A DNA stretch of 63,117 bases, counting the filler, from Stramenopiles sp. TOSAG23-6 (taxonomy: Eukaryota), in the NCBI GenBank assembly GCA_900128565.1. It is 7 parts of 7 records of this genome, joined end to end, with 100 filler letters (N's around TTAATTAATTAA, not from the genome) between each part and the next. Parts side by side here need not be neighbours in the genome. Positions count along the whole stretch, not along the records: positions 18,128 to 27,085 come from LT636405.1; positions 27,186 to 36,131 come from LT636406.1; positions 36,232 to 45,135 come from LT636407.1; 4 more parts are not named here. One strand, 5' to 3'. Numbering within the stretch: position 1 is the first letter of the stretch; every line of letters starts with the position of its first letter. A program made the position numbers and the translations under genes. Shown piece after piece: positions 24,776 to 37,739 of the stretch. The notes under the pieces were generated by a model. The model had not been told where the DNA came from. It saw nothing but the letters and a program-made list of their open reading frames with translations, and did no database searches.

Positions 24776-25420
24776 TCAGGGAAAGGAAGCAGGACCTTGA
24801 CAGGACCACACTGCACCGTCCGATAATACGATTCTTGTCAAAGGTTGTTGTAAATTACCTGTTGTTGTTGTTGTTGTTATTGGTTGTGATGCTGCTGTTT
24901 TTGGTGCTTCATTTGCTTGTGCTACAGTAGTTGTCAATGCTTGTTGTAGAACTCCACCTGGTGTTGCTGTTTGTGTCGGTGTTGCTGCTGCTGCTGATGC
25001 TCCGCTTGCTACAGTAGTTGCTAAATCTTGTTGTAAATTACCTGTTGGTGTTGTTGTTATTGGTTGTGATGCTGCTGTTTTTGGTGCTTCATTTGCTTGT
25101 ACTACAGTAGTTGTCAATGCTTGTTGTAGAACTCCACCTGGTGTTCCTGTTTGTGTCGGTGTTGCTGCTGCTGCTAATGCTCCGCTTGCTACAGTAGTTG
25201 CTAAATCTTGTTGTAAATTACCTGCTGGTGTTATTGGTTGTGATGCTGCTGTTTGTGGTATTGGTGCTGGTGCTGGTACTGGTTCATTAATTAAATGCCG
25301 CCCTAACCTTACTCCTATTCCACGAAGATTTTTTGCACGAAAGATTTCAAGAGCTTTACTACTCCACAAAAGTGACAAAAGTGACAGCTTAATTAGCAAA
25401 ATGTTTTGTATTCTCATCAT
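24776..25420 (-). CDS. Secreted Thr/Ala/Gln-rich mucin-like protein with ~60-aa tandem repeats
   Basis: Hydrophobic N-terminus. TAASQPIT...GNLQQDLATTVASGA...GGVLQQALTTTV repeated about 2.3 times. Confidence 0.65.
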   Translation of the reverse strand: MMRIQNILLIKLSLLSLLWSSKALEIFRAKNLRGIGVRLGRHLINEPVPAPAPIPQTAASQPITPAGNLQQDLATTVASGALAAAATPTQTGTPGGVLQQALTTTVVQANEAPKTAASQPITTTPTGNLQQDLATTVASGASAAAATPTQTATPGGVLQQALTTTVAQANEAPKTAASQPITTTTTTGNLQQPLTRIVLSDGAVWSCQGPASFP

Positions 25421-25779
25421 GATAATAGTCAATATATCAATTTTTATTAAAATTTAACTTGTACAACTCATGTGCTCATGTGNATACAACAGGACATGTC
25501 CCTTTATGCGAATGCGATTAAAATTTCAAAATTTCAATCCACGTCGTCGGAGGTAAAAAAATAAAAAATTTGAATTTTTTTTGGTTGAAAACCCCTAACC
25601 CTAACTAATAATAATGTTTACAAACCAATACGAGAAGACAACCGAAGAGCCGTTATTTTTCGTATATCGTATCTTCTTTCCTCAAAATAAGTTTCAACAA
25701 TACTAGTAAGTAGTAGTAGACTTGAAGATCATTTTTGTGGAGTAGAACAAGCTTAATCAAACAGTGAAGAGTTCGTATT

Positions 25780-26568
25780 ATGTCATATAATGCTGTGATA
25801 AGCCCGCCACCACCTAAATGGAGGAAGGGTATGCCCCCTTCACCACCAAAAGGGAAACCACCAAGTAAAAATTACTTCCGCCGATCCAGTGCTACTTCAG
25901 GTGAAACGCAAATACCTGGTTTAGTGAATATGTCTGAAGAAAGTCCATCAAAGACAGAAGTATTTTTCAAAAATGCATCACAGATTATGGTAGAGGATAA
26001 GAAGAAGAGTACATATTTAGAAAAAACGTATAAGGCCCCTCCAAGAATGTTATCTACGGTACTTCAAAAGTCGAAAGTCTTCGAATTGGACGAAATTCAC
26101 ATAAAAACTTTACAGACTATTTTTATGCTTTTGGATAATGACCAAGATAAAATGCTTGATATTAATCAGCTTCGCACAGCAATCATTGCAATGGGTATAC
26201 CTCCTTCACAGAAACTTATACAAGAGGTTTTACGTAATGTGCCAGAATTCAAAAAAAGAGATGGACCTGGGGTTGTTGATTTTCACACGTTTAAGACAGT
26301 TCTTACTGATCGACTTCAGTGCAATCCAGTACATATGACTGATATTGATGAATTATTCAAATTATTTCAGACTCCTAGTGACGATGGTTTCATTTCTGAT
26401 CAAGACTTGCGTCATGTAATGCAAGTAGAAACTACAAATAATACTAATCTAACAGATGATGAAGTAGATCAAATATTTTCTGAGTTGCACCTTGCTAGAG
26501 GAACAAAAGTTGATCATCGAGATTTTATAGAAAACATTTCTTCAGGATTTGTGCACTTTCAATCATGA
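25780..26568 (+). CDS. EF-hand (calmodulin/centrin-like) protein with Pro-rich N-terminal extension
   Basis: IFMLLDNDQDKMLDINQL, VVDFHTF, DDGFISDQDLRHVM, LTDDEVDQIF. Confidence 0.8.
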   Translation: MSYNAVISPPPPKWRKGMPPSPPKGKPPSKNYFRRSSATSGETQIPGLVNMSEESPSKTEVFFKNASQIMVEDKKKSTYLEKTYKAPPRMLSTVLQKSKVFELDEIHIKTLQTIFMLLDNDQDKMLDINQLRTAIIAMGIPPSQKLIQEVLRNVPEFKKRDGPGVVDFHTFKTVLTDRLQCNPVHMTDIDELFKLFQTPSDDGFISDQDLRHVMQVETTNNTNLTDDEVDQIFSELHLARGTKVDHRDFIENISSGFVHFQS

Positions 26569-26720
26569 TATATTTCTAGTTATTGAATTGATTACATGAA
26601 GATGGAATTTTTATATACTCAAAAATAAAATGGAAAATAAATTCATAATTCAACTTTTTTTTATATCGAATTTTGTACCTAACAAAAAAAAATCATAATT
26701 TCATACTATTCCAACAAAGA

Positions 26721-27030
26721 TTACACTTTCTTTTTTACTCGCATTTTAATATCAACGTAAGAGCGAAGTACACTATCAAGTACTTTATCTGGGGCAGAAG
26801 CGGCGGCACCATAAACTGCTGCTGTACCTTCTACCTTACAATGTGGATGTATTGTTAAAAAAAAAACACACACACTCAAAAAATAATTGTTAGGTACAAA
26901 ATTTCGTATAAAAAAAAATACATTTGAAATTCATTATGAAAACGTACATTTTCACGTAAAAATTTCACACTACTCTGTATGTCAGAGGCCCATTGTCCAA
27001 GAACTCTCATATGTTGCTCACCCAGGCACA
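26721..27030 (-). CDS. C-terminal exons of a sphingosine-1-phosphate lyase-like PLP enzyme (partial)
   Basis: Spliced translation ...SDIQSSVKFLREN|PHCKVEGTAAVYGAAASAPDKVLDSVLRSYVD...* resembles the SPL C-terminus. GT...AT family intron. Confidence 0.5.
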
Positions 27031-27185
27031 ATGTATTTTGGAAAAATATTTCAAAAAAAAACTAAAATTTGTTAGGTACAAAATTNNNNNNNNNNNNNNN
27101 NNNNNNNNNNNNNNNNNNNNNNNNNNNNNTTAATTAATTAANNNNNNNNNNNNNNNNNNNNNNNNNNNNNNNNNNNNNNNNNNNN

Positions 27186-29334
27186 AACATGTGTATTCTT
27201 TCTTTTCTTGGTTATATTGTATAACACAACAAGTGTTGTCCATGCCATGAGGAGAAACAAAAAAAAAAGAAGGAGAAGGAGAAAAACAAAAAAAAGAAGC
27301 ATTCAAACTTCTCAACGTGTTCGTCAAGCAAGTGCTCGAGTTACCGCAGCACAAGCAGAAGAAGAAGCAAAAGCAGCAGCAGAAGCAGCACACCGATCGC
27401 AGATGCAGAGAGTTTCAGGTGAAATTCAAACAGCAGCAGAAAATGATGGCACAGGTCACACACCTTTGTATAAGGAAGAAAGTAAAGGAGCATCTTTTAC
27501 TGACGAAACACGACAAATACTCGAAAATTGGGCAATATTGCACAAGAAAGAGATGGAAAAAAATATAAGGGCGGAGCAAGCACGACAAGCACGAAACACG
27601 GAATTAGGCTTCGGCCACTCTTTATCCCTTTTTGACAGCAAAGAAGTAGGTCGTTTAGGTCTTGTTTCAAGAGACTTGCACCGGAAAAGTGAAGCTGAAT
27701 TTACCAAGCGCGTACGTGGTCTAAGAGCAATATTTGAAACGATGAAAGACGAGATGAAATCACTAGGTTTACATGAAGATATTGTTTCCGCTGAAAATGA
27801 ACAGATCAAAAGCCAACAGCTACGCCGTGTAGAAGATATTCATCGAACGTTGCGTAAGTTATTGGACAGACAAGCTTTGATTGCATTGTATAATAGTACA
27901 AAGGGATATACTTGGGAGCATTTCGATTGGTGGGATACACCAGCAAATTGGAAAACAGATCCAGATATTTGTAAATGGTATGGAGTCAAGTGTAATAAAG
28001 AAGGAAGTGTTACTGAATTGAATTTGGGCAACAACAAACTAACTGGTTCAATTCCAACGGAAATTGGTCAATTATCAAATCTCAGAAAATTGAGATTGAA
28101 CATGAACAAACTATCTGGTGAAATTCCAACTGAAATTGGTCAGCTAACAAATCTCGGAGAATTGAGATTGGATGGGAATATTGTGCTCCGGGGCGGACTA
28201 TCTGGTTCAATACCAACGGAAATTGGTCTACTAACAAATCTCAAAAAATTGGTTTTGGGTAGAAACAAACTATCTGGATCAATACCAACACAAATTGGTC
28301 AACTTATAAATCTCAAAGAATTGGTTTTGCATCGTACCCAACTATCTGGTCCAATACCAAAAGAAATTGGTCAACTAACAAATCTTGAAACATTGGACTT
28401 GTCTTACAACAACAACCTATCTGGTTCAATTCCAACGGAAATTGTTCAACTAACAAATCTCAAAGAATTGGATTTGGGTAGAAACAAACTAACTGGTCCA
28501 ATTCCAAAAGAAATTGTTCAACTAACAAATCTCAAAAAGTTGTACTTGTATAAGAACAAACTATCTGGTCCAATACCAAAAGAAATTGTTCAACTAACAA
28601 ATCTTGAAGATTTGTTCTTGGAAGGCAACCAACTAACTGGTTTAATACCAAACGAAATTGGTCAACTAAGAGACCTCAAATTTTTGGTCTTGGGAGGCAA
28701 CCAACTATCTGGTACAATTGTACAGGAAATTGCTCAACTAACAAATCTTGAAGCCCTGGATTTGCAAAACAACCAACTATCTGGTCCAATTCCTCCTGAA
28801 ATTGGTCATCTAAAAAAGCTCGAAATATTGTACTTGCAACGAAACAAACTATCTGGTCCAATACCAATGGCATTTGGTCAACTAACAGAGCTCTCAGACT
28901 TGAACTTGTCACAAAACAATTTATCTGGTTCAATTCCAGCAGATATTGCTAAACTAACAAAGATCACAGACTTGAACTTGTCAAATAACCAACTATCTGG
29001 TCCAATTCCAACACAAATTGGTCAACTCATACATCTCAAAGAATTGTACTTGTCTCACAACCAACTATCTGATTCAATTCCAATGCAAATTGGTCAACTA
29101 AAAAAGCTCAAAAAATTGAACTTGGATAACAACCAACTATCTGATTCAATACCAAAAGAAATTGGTCAACTAACAAAGCTCGGATATTTGTACTTGCACC
29201 GTAACCAACTATCTGGTCTAATTCCAAAAGAAATTGGTCAACTAACAAATCTCATACAATTGAGATTGGACGGGAACGAACTATCTGGTTCAATTCCAAA
29301 TGGAATTTCTTGGTATGTACGTGTGACAATGTAA
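27186..29334 (+). CDS. Secreted plant-type LRR protein (LRRNT + ~17 LRRs) with F-box-like motif; start lost in gap
   Basis: DRQALIALYNSTKG..W..W..ICKWYGVKC cap, followed by LSGxIPxEIGQLTNL repeats. Leader TCVFFLFLVILYNTTSVVHAM. Confidence 0.9.
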
Positions 29335-29756
29335 TAGATTGAATAGAAAAATTAAGAAAAATAAAAAAACAATACAAAAATTGGGAAAAATAAAAAAATA
29401 ATGCATGCAAACTTGGGAAAAATAAAAAAACAACGCAAAAATTAAAAAAAAAATAAAAACAAATTGATATAAATATGAAAGTAATGAACCAATGAAGAAA
29501 TTTCATTGCTGTGGTGTTGCCATATATAAAAAGATATTGAAAATTTATATTAATTAGTGTACTCAATGGATGAAATAGTTTGATGGTCATCAATTTATAA
29601 AAACTATTATCCTTTCCTACGGGTTTTTACGAGTATACATTGACTTGATTAAATATAAAATTAATTATCAAATATATTTCTTTTTTATTTGTACAACAAC
29701 AACAAAAATAAAAATATTTTTTATTAATATGAATGAAATAACCAATGTAAAATAAA

Positions 29757-32700
29757 TTAAAAATATCTCTGTTTGCTATTTCGAATGGTTGGCATAATTA
29801 CATGACTACTTGTTGTATTTCGTGTTTTTGTTGTATTTCGTGTTTTTGTATGAATATTCATTGTTTCAATACTATTATTAATATCATTCATGAGTGCATC
29901 AAAATGATGAGCTTGAAAAAGTATGTGTCGTTTCTGTTGTGACATTATTTGAGTTTTTTTTTCTTGTGATTTTATTTTTTTTATTTTTGTTTTTTTTTCA
30001 TGTGATTTTATTTTTTTTATTTTTGTTTTTGTTTTTTTTTCTTGTGATTTGAGAATATATTCCAATAAATCATTACTACTCCATTTAGGATGTAATAATG
30101 TTCGTATACCATTAAGGTTAGGGTTAGGGTTAACAAAATGTGTATGTTTTGAACATAATAAAAGCATTTCTTTTACATTTTGTTTTGTATGAAAATTTTG
30201 TACTTGAGTATTTTTGTCTTTTCTATTTGTTTGTACACGAAATATTGAAACAATTGTACTAGTATTGTGTTCTATTGTATCACCAAGAAGATTTGTCAAG
30301 GCATGTATACCAGATATTTGTTTACCTAAAAATTTCATTTTAATCTGAAAAATTGAATCTATTACATTTTTTTGTACATTTTTTGAAATTTTTAAATTTT
30401 TTGAAATTTTTAAATTTTTTGAATTTTTAAAATTTTGATCATATTTATCAATTTGATCATATTTATCAATTTGATCATATTTATCGATTTGATCAGTTGT
30501 AGTTGATGGAATAGTTAAATATACAATATTTAAAATACCTTTTGTGCTTTGTTTTTTTNTATTGTTTTGTATTTTTTCTATATTTCTATTTTTTTGTATT
30601 TTTTCTATATTTCGTGTAGTAGTAGTAGTTGTTGTTCTAACACCGATGACTACAGAAACTTCCAAAATATTCCATTTTTTTTCTTTACACATTGTATGTA
30701 TTGTATCAATACCTTTAATTAGTACAATTTTAGCATCAAAAATATTTTTGACAGAGATCTCATTAGGGTTAGGGTTTTTTTCATTTTTTTCATTTTTTAG
30801 TATACTAGACAAAATTTCATGTATTTAAAAAAAATATTTCAAAATGTTTTTTTTTATTAGGTACAAAATTTCGTACGAAAAAAAAAATTCCAAGTTGAAG
30901 AAAAAAAGCATACATATACCATATTGTTGTATACAATTTGTATACTTATTGTAACAATATACTCAAAATCAAAATTATATGAATTTTGTGTTTTTTTTTG
31001 TATTTTTAATTTTTCAAATATATCAAAAAAAATTGTATAGAATATTTCAATATTTTGATTTTTTTGTGTTTTTTCAATTTTTTCAATTTGATTGTTTTGA
31101 TTGTTTTGATTGTTTTGATTGTCTCCCCATAATAAAAGTATACAAGATTTCTTACCTAAAACAAAAGCTTTTGTACATTTTTGAGTCATATTCAATACTT
31201 CATTTTGTGTATGTTCTTTCCCAAAAACACCATCAAAATCAAAATATTCTCTTTTTCCATATTTCGTGTTTTTTTCACCACCAAAATCAAAATATTCTCT
31301 TTTTCCATATTTCGTGTTTTTTTTCGTGTTTTTTTCAACATGTCTAATACTTAATATAATTTGTTTGTTTTGTACATTTGGAATCAATATAAATCCATTT
31401 TTTATATACGACATACAATGACTTGATTCGTCATCAACCCAGCAATACGAAAAAAAATGTTGATCACTTTTTTTTGTTTTTTCTTTTATATTTCGTGTTT
31501 TACAATTTTTATTTTTTTCTATTTTTTTAATTTTTTCTATTTTTTTATTTTTTTGTTGTAGTTTTTGAAATTTTATAATATCCATACCCAATTTTTGTAT
31601 TTCATGTTTTGTGAATTCTTGCATGTCTAAATAAGATTTTTTTATTGAATAAAATGATTTTTGTAATTCTAAAAATTTTTTTTTTACATTTTTGATGTTT
31701 TGATTTTTTTGATTTTTTTGATTTTTTTGATTTTTTTGATTGTTTTGTTTTTTTTGTTTTTTTTGGGTTTTCACATATATTTCGTGTTGTATTTGTTTGA
31801 TTGGTGAAAGTGTTTTTGAAGCTAAATATTCCATACATAAATTGTTTATTTTTGTATGTTTTGTATTTTTTGTATTTTTTGTATTTTTTGTATTTTTACT
31901 ATATTGAAGTAAAATCGATTTTAATTTCAGTTTTTCTTGTAGTAGTTGATAACTCAATTTCTCAATATTCTCAGAATCCATTATATTTTTCATACTTTTT
32001 ATACTGTTTATATCTTTTGGAATGTTTGTATAAGACGTCAATGGTACTAATTGTTTAGGGTTAGGGTTTGGAATAATGACGTCATTCTTTGTAGGTTGTA
32101 CACAATGTAAATGATTCAATGATGTTGATGGTACTAATTGTTTAGGGTTAGGAGGACAAGGACTACAAATAGGAGACATTGGTGTTAAAGATTGATGAAA
32201 ACTTTCATTCCACATTCGAGTTTCATCTTGGTACAAAATATCCGTACCAACATTTGTACTATTTTCTTCATTAGGGTTAGGGTTAGGGTCATTGTCATCA
32301 AATCCATTTTTTTCAGGACTTTGTGTGGGAATATTTATAGTCTGACAATTATTATTCATAGTAGGGTTAGCATCAGTCGAATTAATGACACTGATATTTG
32401 TGTCGAATTCGTTTCGCAATTTACTTTTTGTGTTGGTTCTTTTTGGATTATTGACATCAAATGTGATTTTTGGATGATTCACATCAAACGTGACACTGTT
32501 GACATCATTCGTTGTATAAATTGTATTATAATTTGTATTATAATTTGTACTAGAAGCTCCATAGTACTCTCTACCAAACTCATCAAAATCTCCATCAAAA
32601 TCCGTACCATGTAAACTCCTTGAGGGAGAATTTGTTGTCGCTTTCAATGTATCAAAATTTGTTGTCGCATTCAAAGTATCAAAATCCGTACCATGTAAAC

Positions 32701-32929
32701 TCTCACTCATTGAGGAAAAATTCTTTGTAGAATGTTTTGAAGATGTATGTCCTTCCATTGATTCAATTTCCCCCCCGTCAGTGTTTAATGTGTCGTATAT
32801 ACTATTATTTGGATATTTTCCAATTGATTCATCGTGTAGTGAGTCTTTGAGTACAGGAGACTCCTCACACCAATCAAAATTTTCTTCTAAATCAGAATCA
32901 AACAAAATGTTTGATAGATTAGGGTTCAT
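29757..32929 (-). CDS. Highly divergent, low-complexity kinesin-like protein, 2 exons
   Basis: YFDFDGVFGKEHTQNEV and SIQIVYNNMVY|EIL resemble kinesin motor motifs, but the P-loop is not recognisable. GT...AT intron at 30819-30913. Confidence 0.45.
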
Positions 32930-33201
32930 ACTTTTTGTATATAGTAGTACAACAAAATGTTAGTACATCATACACTAGTATGAAAGAGATATACTGTATC
33001 TATTTCACAGAAAACAAATAATGTATACAATGAGAATAAAGTAAAAAAATGTGGGGTTTTAATTGGATTTCTGTGTAGGACTTGAATGAATACACGATAA
33101 AAACTTGAGTATATGATCGAGAGATTTTGATTGGCCACACAATATTTTTTTTTTTCTTTTTTTGAAACTGTCAATAAATAATTGGAACGAAACTGTTTTG
33201 A

Positions 33202-34663
33202 GAGACATCATATCAGCTGACCAAGGAATTCAGAATCTCAGATGAACGAGCTCGAAATATACTACATAATCATATTATACCTGTTGTTAGGTTGATTAAT
33301 TCACTGACATTACATATTGATGAGATACAAGTACCTGAAAAAGAAGAGAATGTATGTTTTTTTTTTTTTGTATTAATTTTTTTTCGTACGAAATGTTGTA
33401 CCTAACGAATTTTATTTTTTTTTTTGAAATATTTTTCCAAAATACATGAATCGCCTAAACATTGGTATGAACGCATAAAACAGAAGAAAATATCAGTGCG
33501 CAGAACATTAAATCGTATTCAACAAGGAAATTATATATCTAATCTTGGTGTGTATGTTTTATTTATATTTTTTTTTGTATGATTTTATTTTTTATGGTAA
33601 ATTTTGTACCTAACATTTTTTTTTTTTTTTAAATATTTTTCCAAAATACATATTATCTTGTATGGGCGACGCATTCTTTGTTTGGATAAATGATACTGTA
33701 TACACATGGGGTAAAATCGTAGATGGTAAAATTCTTCATGGTTATTTTAATGAACCACTCAAACCTAAACTTGTTCAAGCAATACAAGGTAAAAAAGTAA
33801 AGCAAATATATGCTGGTGGTAATCACAATGTTGCATTATCGGATAATGGTGATGTATACACATGGGGATATGGACCTAATGGTCAACTTGGTCATGGTGA
33901 TGAAAATGATCAAGTCATACCTAAACTTGTTGAAGCATTATATTTCAAAGGTAAAGTAACAGAAATATCAGCTGGTGGTGGTCACACTGTTGCATTACTT
34001 GAAAATGGTGATGTACACACATGGGGAAATGGACGTTTATGTCAACTTGGTCATGGTGATGAAAATAATCAAAACAAACCTAAGCTTGTTCAAGAATTAC
34101 AAGGTAAAAAAGTAAAGCAAATATCAACTGGTAATTATTACACTGTTGTATTACTTGAAAATGGTGATGTATACACATGGGGACATGAAGAATATGGTAC
34201 ACTTGGTCATGGTGATGAAAATAATCAAAACAAACCTAAACTTGTTCAAGCAATACAAGGTAAAAAAGTAAAGCAAATATCAACTGGTAATTTTCACAAT
34301 GTTACATTATTGGATAATGGTGATGTATACACATGGGGATATGGAAATTTTGGTCAACTTGGTCATGGTGATGAAGAAAATCAAAACAAACCTAAACTTG
34401 TTCCAATTTTACTTGGAAAAGTAAAGCAAATATCAGCTGGTCGTTTTCACACTATTGCATTACTTGAAAATGGTGATGTACACACTTGGGGATTTGGAAG
34501 ATATGGTCAACTTGGTCATGGTGATCAACAAAATCAAAACAAACCTAAACTTGTTGAAGATGAAGCATTACAAGGTAAATATGTAGTAAGAGTAAAAGCG
34601 ACANCATGGAGTACTATTATTTATGGAAATGATGGTGATGTGATTGCAAAATATGGTAGATAA
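33202..34663 (+). CDS. RCC1-repeat protein, paralog of 23125-24474, with two family introns (5' end unclear)
   Basis: Six VYTWG/VHTWG...LGHGDE repeats. The upstream exon KHWYERI...QGNYISNLG is homologous to KQWYTRV...EGIYTSELG. Introns at 33352-33447 and 33552-33651. Confidence 0.8.
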
Positions 34664-34879
34664 AATCAATCACAAAAAAATGTACATATACGATGATATA
34701 CTGAAAAATTGATTATTTTTAATCACTTGAAAATTTGATTATTTTTAATAAATCTATTTTTCTTTTTTTTTTTCTTGAATTTTTTTTTTTACATTTAATA
34801 TTTCGTGTCAAAATATTATATTTCTTGGTACACTTTTTTGTACTTAATATCATCATAATTCGACGTTATTAACCAAATG

Positions 34880-36079
34880 GTCCTAATAACCCTAACCCTT
34901 GATCTGCTGCTAAAAGTCCATTAGTATCGGCACGTGCTCCTATATAGCTAGTGACGTCATACACATTTCGTGTCTCAGGAGTTGTATTTTCATTTCTTGT
35001 TTGAAAATATTTTTTTTAATTTTTTTGTTAGGTACAAAATTTCGTATGAAAATTTAAAATTTTCATTTCTTGTTTGAAAATATTTTTTTTAAATTTTTTT
35101 GTTAGGTACAAAATTTCGTATGAAAATTTAAAATTTTGTAATGATTAAAAATGTACATTGATTGTAGATCCTTCGGCACCTAATGCAAATGTATTGTAGA
35201 AAAATATTTCAAAAAAAAACTAAAAAAAATCGTTAGGTACAAAATTTCGTACGAAAAAAAATTCATACAAAAAAAAATTCATACAAAAAAAATCTAAAAA
35301 AAATCTTAAAAAAATCGTTAGGTACAAAATTTCGTACGAAAAAAAATTCATACAAAAAAATAAGAAAAACATACAAGACTCCCAGGATCCCGATCTTCAC
35401 AAATTTGAATAAGACATGATTTAAACTCTCTAAGCTCGACATGTATTGCGAAAAAATATTTTACATTTAAATTTTTTGTTTAGGTACACATTTTCATACT
35501 AAAAAAAATAAATTTTGAAAATTAAATTTTGAAAACGTACATTTTCCTCGTATAATCCCGCAACCAAATGAGGCTCAATATCTAATGAAGAGTCTGATGA
35601 AATTCTATCATTATTATCGAGTATATTTATCTCATATGATATTTTTTCATTTTCATGTTCTTCTTGGAACTTCAAAAATGGAGGAATGTTAAACATACTT
35701 TTTAAATGAACGTATGGATTATGAAAAAATATTTCAAAAAGAAGTTTTTGTTAGGTACAAAATTTCGTATGAAAACAAAATGTAGACAAAAAAAATGAAA
35801 TGAAAACGTACATAAATCTTTACTTGCTGATATTGAGATATGTTCTTCATGATCATTATTTATTTGTGTAGATGATACTGTTGAAGCTAGACGACAAATC
35901 ATTTCCTCGAATTGTGCAAATGTAATAGTAGACAAACAATCGCAGCTTTTTATCAATGATTCTACAAAAGATGGATTTTGTACAAATTCGACTGTGGCTT
36001 TGTGGAATGCAGATACATTCAATCTTTCTTGTTTTTTAACTGAAAAATGACAAAGTAAATATAATAAAGATTGTTGTAC
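34880..36079 (-). CDS. Fragmented multi-exon gene of unknown function with micro-exons between family introns
   Basis: ORF pieces 35702-36103 and 35499-35696 plus short exons, all bounded by the intron consensus. No family recognised. Confidence 0.3.
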
Positions 36080-36284
36080 ATGTATTTTGGAAAAATATTT
36101 CAAAAAAAAATCGTTAGGTACAAAATTTCGTNNNNNNNNNNNNNNNNNNNNNNNNNNNNNNNNNNNNNNNNNNNNTTAATTAATTAANNNNNNNNNNNNN
36201 NNNNNNNNNNNNNNNNNNNNNNNNNNNNNNNTACGAAATTTTGTACCTAACGATTTTTTTTTGAAATATTTTTCCAAAATACAT

Positions 36285-36723
36285 GACATGTTTCCTTGTA
36301 TGGTTTCTTACACCAACAGAATTTTCACATCGCCCGAAATTTGGTTGGAAACGAACAAAACGGGAGAAAAAAGTGAAAAATAAAACAAATCGGGAGAAAA
36401 AAGTGAAAAACAAAAACGTTACACAAAATAATCCTTTTAATGTTTCTGCGCAAGTCAAGGTAGCAAAACATAATGAAAAAGAGACAATTAAGAATACTCC
36501 AAAACATATTCAAAACTATATGAACCATAAAAGTGATGATACAGATTCGTTAAGTACGGAATTTGATATTAAAAAAAAAAAAATGAACTGGGCAGAAAAT
36601 ATTTGTCCAATGACAGGTAAAAAGTATTGGTATAATAAAGAACAAGATCAGACAACTTTTCATGATCCAACTCATACAGAGAGTAAAAACGTACCAAAAA
36701 GAGAAAAGCGAGATATTGTATAA
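36285..36723 (+). CDS. Terminal exon of a WW-domain protein (5' partial)
   Basis: WAENICPMTGKKYWYNKEQDQTTFHDP, a WW motif. Confidence 0.65.
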
Positions 36724-36999
36724 ACTACAGCACCAGGACCGAAATTGTATTATCATCTTACAATCATCCTTGTTGAAGATATACCAAACTTGAACTTTTC
36801 CTGTTAGGTACAAACTTTCGTACCAAAAAAAAATTAATCTGACAAAAGCTAGCTGTACAATAAAAGAATAGTAAAATATTTTTTATTACTAACGAACTTA
36901 TACATGTAATTTCTATAAATCGGTGGTATTGAGGTAATACCAGATGTTACCATTTCGTTGGTTTATATTCTTGTTCTAAGTAGAACTATAATGATTAAC

Positions 37000-37359
37000 T
37001 TAACGAGCTGTAGAGCTTGTATATTTTGTCACAGCCTTGGTTCCTTCGGAAACAGCGTGCTTAGCAAGCTCACCTGGGAGCAAAAGACGGACAGCAGTTT
37101 GAATTTCTCTGGATGTAAGGGTAGCTTTCTTGTTGTATCGAGCCAATCGAATTGCTTCACCTGCAAGACGGTCAAAAAGGTCATTGACAAACGAGTTCAT
37201 GATTGACATTGCACGACGAGACACACCAGTATCAGGGTGAACTTGTTTTAACACCTTGTAGATGTAACTTGAGAATGTCTCTACACGTCGTTTGCGGCGC
37301 TTGTTGCCGCGGCTGCTCTTCTTTGTGCTCTTTGCTGACTTACTTGGAGTCTTTGCCAT
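37000..37359 (-). CDS. H2B: Histone H2B
   Basis: MAKTPSK...[21 protein letters not shown]...[24 protein letters not shown]. Intronless. Confidence 0.98.
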   Translation of the reverse strand: MAKTPSKSAKSTKKSSRGNKRRKRRVETFSSYIYKVLKQVHPDTGVSRRAMSIMNSFVNDLFDRLAGEAIRLARYNKKATLTSREIQTAVRLLLPGELAKHAVSEGTKAVTKYTSSTAR

Positions 37360-37739
37360 TTTCTTGAAATTGTATGGATTATTCAAAAATACAACACACA
37401 CACGAAGAGAAAGAAAAGAACGAAGAAAAAAAGCGCGAAAACATCGCGCCCGCACACACCTGTTTTGAAAATTTGAAAAAAAAGTTCGCGGTGCTCCCAG
37501 CACAAAATGTTAACTCGAAATTCAAATCAACACGAAATCAAAACTCGCGGCGAAAACTCAACACTAATCAAATCATCTCAAAATAACACACGTGTTGTTG
37601 TGTTCCATCCATTCCATATATGTTTAAAGACAAGAGTACTACGTCATAGAAAAAGTGTTGCTTTGGATTTATTTGATATCCACTGCTGATATTTATTAGA
37701 TATCATTACGTTTGTGTTGTCTATATAGTTTAATTCATA

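Larger units (their letters stand above)
18128..24992. repeat. 6.9 kb spacerless inverted duplication centred at 21564/21565 (probable assembly fold-back)
   Basis: Mirror ORFs (coordinate sums 43129). The same ambiguous N occurs at mirror positions 20847/22282. The centre is the intron palindrome TTTCAAATTCGAATTTGAAA. Confidence 0.92.

Noticed and set aside
18128-24992. Giant perfect palindrome as a real chromosomal structure or gene duplication
   Set aside because: It has no spacer, is centred on a short intron palindrome, carries the same N at mirror positions (20847/22282) and truncates a gene at the centre. This is typical of an assembly or MDA fold-back.
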